Assembly: GCF_021378375.1 (NCBI RefSeq)
Contig: NZ_CP076228.1
Location: forward strand, 330,001-362,000
Direction: 5' to 3'
DNA: 32,000 bases
Source: Wolbachia endosymbiont of Drosophila innubila
Lineage (GTDB): Bacteria; Pseudomonadota; Alphaproteobacteria; Rickettsiales; Anaplasmataceae
Of the stretch, positions 28,416 to 32,000 are shown piece by piece. Position numbers and translations under genes: made by a program. Below the pieces are notes generated by a model. That model saw only the letters and a list, made by a program, of their open reading frames with translations. It was not told the origin of the DNA and searched no databases. Every line of letters starts with the position of its first letter. The first letter of the stretch is position 1.

Positions 28416-28490
28416 AAGCGTAGTGTGGAGAAACCTGCATGCTGCGTTTCTAAGGGAGGGAGTAGTAGCAATACTACTTCCTTACCTAAC
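28416..28490 (+). ncRNA. Group II intron domains V and VI (catalytic hairpin and branch-point hairpin) of copy 2
   Basis: DV 28416-28449: a 9-bp lower stem containing AGC, a 5-nt upper stem, GAAA loop and a 2-nt AU bulge, 34 nt in total. DVI 28451-28490: a 10-bp stem GGGAGUAGUA/UACUACUUCC with GCAA loop and an unpaired A 7 nt from the 3' splice site. Confidence 0.7.
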
Positions 28491-29108
28491 CAGGTCGCTA
28501 AAACTAAGGGCTTTGAAAAACGCGCACAACTTTATGCTGCTAAGGCTTACTCAAGACAAGCTGATAAATCTGGTAAATACGTTGATTTAAAGAAGATTTT
28601 CTTTATCGCGATTTCAAATTGTACCTTATTCCCTGATAAGCTTGACTATATATCTAGCCATACCATAAGAGATGAAAAAACCAATGAGCATGACTTAAAA
28701 GATTTTCAATTTATCTTCATAGAGCTGCCAAAATTTCCTAAGAGTAGAGAAGAACAACTAGAAAGTGTAGTAGACCGTTGGCTATTTTTTTTCAAATATG
28801 CAGATGAAACAACGGACGAAGATCTCAGAAAAATTGCGGAAAAATCACCAATAATAAAGCTAGCATATGATGAATTAGATAAGTTTCACTGGAATGAAAA
28901 AGATCTAATAACTTATGAAGAAAGAATAATGGATCTGCGCAAAGAAGAAGCCATTCTTGAATACAGACTTGATCTTGCTAAAGAGGAAGGTAGAAAAGAG
29001 AGGGAAATTGAAGTCGCAAAGAATCTACTTAAAGCAGGTGTTTCTATTGATATCATAGCTCAAACTACTGGTCTTTCTATGAGTGAGATCAAAGAATTGC
29101 AGAATTAA
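28491..29108 (+). pseudogene. Orphan 3' exon of an Rpn-family nuclease/putative transposase gene (no exon 1 upstream of the intron)
   Basis: QVAKTKGFEKRAQLYAAKAY... is identical to 5141-5630 for 490 bp, then has a different tail (KEEGRKEREIEVAKNLLKAGVSIDIIAQTTGLSMSEIKELQN*). The track ORF 28368-29108 begins inside intron domains IV-VI. Confidence 0.85.
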
Positions 29109-29195
29109 GTGTGAATGGTTACGAAAAATATAAGTTTTTGCGATAAACGACATAGTGATGTATTTGTTGTTCAGCATGTCAGTGGAATATTTTCT

Positions 29196-29436
29196 GGTAT
29201 CTGTTCAGATGCATGGCTAATGCTGAAACAAAAATTCCAGTGCTCCTTTTTTTGTCATCCCAGTCTGGAATCCAGATTGGGCACTAAGTTGGTAAACACG
29301 AAAGCGCTTTACAACGTTTTTGATGGAACTGTGCAAAAGGACTGGATACCAGTGTCAGCTACTTGCATGATACCCATTTGTTCCTATAGTTGCTTTTCTC
29401 GTCTACCTTATTTTGCCACTCATCTGAACAGATACC
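29196..29436. repeat. MITE-like element bounded by perfect 16-bp inverted repeats
   Basis: GGTATCTGTTCAGATG (29196-29211) and CATCTGAACAGATACC (29421-29436). The interior contains short hairpins such as CCCAGTCTGG-AAT-CCAGATTGGG. Confidence 0.45.
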
Positions 29437-29478
29437 CATTTTGGAGGGATACCAATAATAGTTGTGAGCGGTACAAGT

Positions 29479-30594
29479 TTAGTCCATATACCTTCCAAGC
29501 ATAACACGCTCACGAAACTTTAATGCGATAGCTTGGTTTCTACTGAAAGACAGCATTATGCCAAGTGCGATGCTCGAAGATAAAAGAGAAGAACCACCAT
29601 AGCTAAGTAACGGCAGGGTTATGCCGGTGGTAGGAAAAACACTCAATGTTACCCCTATGTTTATTATGAATTGTGTGATGAATTGCATTGAGATACCGAG
29701 AATCACCAACAGATTAAATAATTCATTTTCCCTATATGCAATGTAAAGCAAGCGGGCGGAAATGATGCCAAATAACATCAATGTGGCTAAGCACGTAATC
29801 AAACCAAATTCTTCTGCTAAAACAGAAAACACAAAATCTGTATGACAATCAGGAAGAGAGGCTTTTACGCTACCTTCACCAGGTCCAACTCCAGTTAATT
29901 GACCTCTTTTGAATGCTTCTAATGATTTTGTGACTTGAAAGTTATCGCGCTGCGTAAAAAAGACAAAATTGTAAATCCTTTGCTTTATATGTGGGAGGCA
30001 TAAGTAAGCTATTGTAGTTCCAGTTGTGGCCATTCCTATTATGCATAGAAAGTATAAAAATGGTATACATGCAATAAACATTTGACCGATAAAAGAATAT
30101 GTTAAAAGCATAGACATACTGAAATCAGGTTGCAAAAGTAACAACACAAAAACTAACAGAAATATTATGATTGATATGTGTATTTTAAACTTCATTTCGC
30201 TGGCCAAGATACTAGCTATAACAACAGAAAAAAATGGCCTTACGAACTCAGATGGTTGAACAGAAATTTTGACAATATGTAACCATCGTTTCGCACCTTT
30301 TACCTCTATACCAAGTATTATCGCAGTTGCTACTAGAATAGTAAATAAAGCGAAACCTGCGAATGAGAGGTTAAGTATAGTTCTTGTGTTGAGAAAAGAA
30401 AATGTCACCAAGGTAATTAGTGACAGGACTATATAAATTGTATGGCGCCGTATAAAATAATCCTGTGGTAGAGAAAGACGCTGCGCAATTACAGGGCTTG
30501 CTGAATAAACAAGAATGAAGCTTATAGTGAGCAAAAAAAACACTGGAAGGATGAGATAATAATCCAGCGTTCTATACCAGAGTTTAATATTCAT
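29479..30594 (-). CDS. ftsW: SEDS-family peptidoglycan glycosyltransferase, FtsW/RodA family (probably FtsW)
   Basis: 371 aa, ~10 TM segments, with N-terminal ..[24 protein letters not shown].. and C-terminal ..[18 protein letters not shown].. motifs. Its start overlaps the ubiE stop (ATGA, 30591-30594). Confidence 0.85.
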   Translation of the reverse strand: MNIKLWYRTLDYYLILPVFFLLTISFILVYSASPVIAQRLSLPQDYFIRRHTIYIVLSLITLVTFSFLNTRTILNLSFAGFALFTILVATAIILGIEVKGAKRWLHIVKISVQPSEFVRPFFSVVIASILASEMKFKIHISIIIFLLVFVLLLLQPDFSMSMLLTYSFIGQMFIACIPFLYFLCIIGMATTGTTIAYLCLPHIKQRIYNFVFFTQRDNFQVTKSLEAFKRGQLTGVGPGEGSVKASLPDCHTDFVFSVLAEEFGLITCLATLMLFGIISARLLYIAYRENELFNLLVILGISMQFITQFIINIGVTLSVFPTTGITLPLLSYGGSSLLSSSIALGIMLSFSRNQAIALKFRERVMLGRYMD

Positions 30595-31307
30595 TTTGTT
30601 CCAATGTGTAATGCCACTATTCCATAGCTCATATTATGAAACTCAACATTCTTAAAGCCTACCTCTTCAATTTCCATTTTAAAATCAGCCTGAGTTGGAA
30701 ACTCTCTAATGCTCCTCACTAAATATTCATAAGAACTCTTGTCTTTAGCAACTATGCTGCCAATTTTAGGAATTACTTTAAATGAATATAAGTCATAAAG
30801 TTTGGTAAATATCTCATTTTGATAGTGCATAGGGGCAAATTCTAAGCAGATAAATTTCCCATGTGGTTTTAATACCCTGTGCGCCTCATTTAAAGCCTTC
30901 TTGCGGTCAGAAACATTTCGAATGCCAAAAGCTATTGTGCAATAATCAAATTCGGAGTCTTCAAATGGTAAACTTTCTGCACTTGCACATACCCAATCAA
31001 AATTAATTTGGTTTGAATTTATAGCTTTATCACGTCCTCTGTTTAGCATGTTTTGATTTATATCGCATACTGTAACCTTAGCACTTGGCTCTTTTCTTAC
31101 TACTCTTATTGCTATATCTCCAGTTCCTCCAGCAACATCTAAAACCTTAGAGTTTTTTGTAAAATGCACACTATTTACCATCTTATCTTTCCATAATCTG
31201 TGCATTCCGAGGCTCATTATATCATTCATGGTGTCGTAGCGACTTGCCACGGAATCGAATACCTCTTTAACTAATTGTGATTTCTTCTCGATTTTTATAG
31301 TAGACAT
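30591..31307 (-). CDS. ubiE: Ubiquinone/menaquinone biosynthesis C-methyltransferase
   Basis: 238 aa with [27 protein letters not shown] motif [10 protein letters not shown] and the FGIRNV motif. Confidence 0.92.
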   Translation of the reverse strand: MSTIKIEKKSQLVKEVFDSVASRYDTMNDIMSLGMHRLWKDKMVNSVHFTKNSKVLDVAGGTGDIAIRVVRKEPSAKVTVCDINQNMLNRGRDKAINSNQINFDWVCASAESLPFEDSEFDYCTIAFGIRNVSDRKKALNEAHRVLKPHGKFICLEFAPMHYQNEIFTKLYDLYSFKVIPKIGSIVAKDKSSYEYLVRSIREFPTQADFKMEIEEVGFKNVEFHNMSYGIVALHIGTK

Positions 31308-31360
31308 TACGTAAAAACTCCTTTATAATTAGTAAAAATTAATTTGAATTAACACAAATG

Positions 31361-32000
31361 TCAACGACAGGCCTTGAGCCTGTTAAAATCTTCTTCAGCG
31401 TGGTATGATGACCGAGTTAGTGGGCTTGATGCAACCACTAAGAAACCTTTGGAGTAAGCAATGTATTTATAATGCTCAAACTCTTCTGGGGTAACATACC
31501 TATCAAGTTTTGCATGTTTTGGAGTTGGTTGTAGATATTGACCAATTGTAATAAAATCAACCTCAGCACTGCGCAAATCGTCCATAACCTGAAGTATTTC
31601 CTCTTTTGTTTCTCCAAGACCAACCATAAGCCCTGACTTTGTGAAAACTTTAGGATTAATCTGCTTTACCATCTTCAACAAATATAGTGAATGAAAATAG
31701 CGAGCTCGTGGTCTTATTTTTGCATACAATCTCGGCACTGTTTCAATATTGTGGTTATAGACATCAGGTGATGCAACAGCGATTGCTTCAAATGCTCCTT
31801 TCTTATTTAAAAAATCAGGAGTTAAAATCTCTATTGTTGTTTCTGAAGTTATCTTTCTAATTTCTTCTATGCACTGTATAAACTGATTTGCGCCACCATC
31901 TGGCAAATCATCACGATCAACGGAAGTAATGACAACATGTTTTAAGTTTAACTTTTTTATTGCTTTTGCTAAATTTTCTGGTTCATGAGGATCTAGTTTA
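31361..32000 (-). CDS. lipA: Lipoyl synthase, N-terminal part outside the window
   Basis: The frame stays open upstream of the track ORF to the window end (..[39 protein letters not shown]..). Downstream motifs include [21 protein letters not shown] and QYLQPT. Confidence 0.92.
   Translation of the reverse strand, partial: KLDPHEPENLAKAIKKLNLKHVVITSVDRDDLPDGGANQFIQCIEEIRKITSETTIEILTPDFLNKKGAFEAIAVASPDVYNHNIETVPRLYAKIRPRARYFHSLYLLKMVKQINPKVFTKSGLMVGLGETKEEILQVMDDLRSAEVDFITIGQYLQPTPKHAKLDRYVTPEEFEHYKYIAYSKGFLVVASSPLTRSSYHAEEDFNRLKACR

Larger units (their letters stand above)
26195..28490 (+). mobile_element. Group II intron, copy 2 (2,296 bp), with intact intron-encoded protein
   Basis: 5' GTGCGAC and 3' ...CCTTACCTAAC. 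Domains V and VI identifiable. The first 629 nt are identical to copy 1 except T3001/C26342. Confidence 0.93.

Noticed and set aside
28368-29108. 246-aa ORF as an intact gene
   Set aside because: Its first 41 codons translate intron domains IV-VI (including the domain V hairpin). Real coding begins at the 3' splice site, 28491, and it is an exon-2 fragment lacking exon 1.
1-32000. tRNA, rRNA, tmRNA or RNase P genes
   Set aside because: I scanned by eye for T-loop (GGTTCGAA-type) and RNase P (GGAAAGTCCGG-type) signatures and found none. The only GGTTCGAG occurrences are inside the intron 3' region.

Overview
AT-rich window that reads like a Wolbachia-type (Rickettsiales/Anaplasmataceae) endosymbiont chromosome. 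Intact housekeeping genes (ABC exporter, murB-hemC, sucB, secA, ftsW-ubiE-lipA) are separated by mobile and accessory DNA. Mobile content: (a) two copies of one group II intron, 2854-5140 with a frameshift-riddled RT and 26195-28490 with an intact 515-aa RT/maturase; (b) two inverted copies of a 915/916-bp IS5-family (ISWpi1-like) element with TAA target duplications; (c) a pair of diverged ~690-bp inverted intergenic modules; (d) a small MITE-like element. Most notable observations: (1) an NLR-like STAND gene (PD-(D/E)xK-like head + NB-ARC + ten 42-aa TPRs) split in frame by an IS and reconstructable as one 1,158-codon ORF between sucB and secA. (2) mutL has lost its ATPase half exactly at the 5' end of an antisense group II intron whose 3' flank belongs to a different gene, giving chimeric flanks that imply intron-mediated rearrangement. 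(3) Paired intron and IS copies differ almost only by slippage-type indels: 11 indel events against 1 substitution that I could find. (4) A co-directional block holds three internally duplicated XRE regulators, a 412-aa orphan, RadC/JAB and the mutL remnant. The regulators share a ~30-aa helical module with the C-terminus of the Rpn-family nuclease genes that host the intron. No rRNA, tRNA or CRISPR array was seen. All family calls are by eye from motifs and my own translation; no database search or HMM was run.
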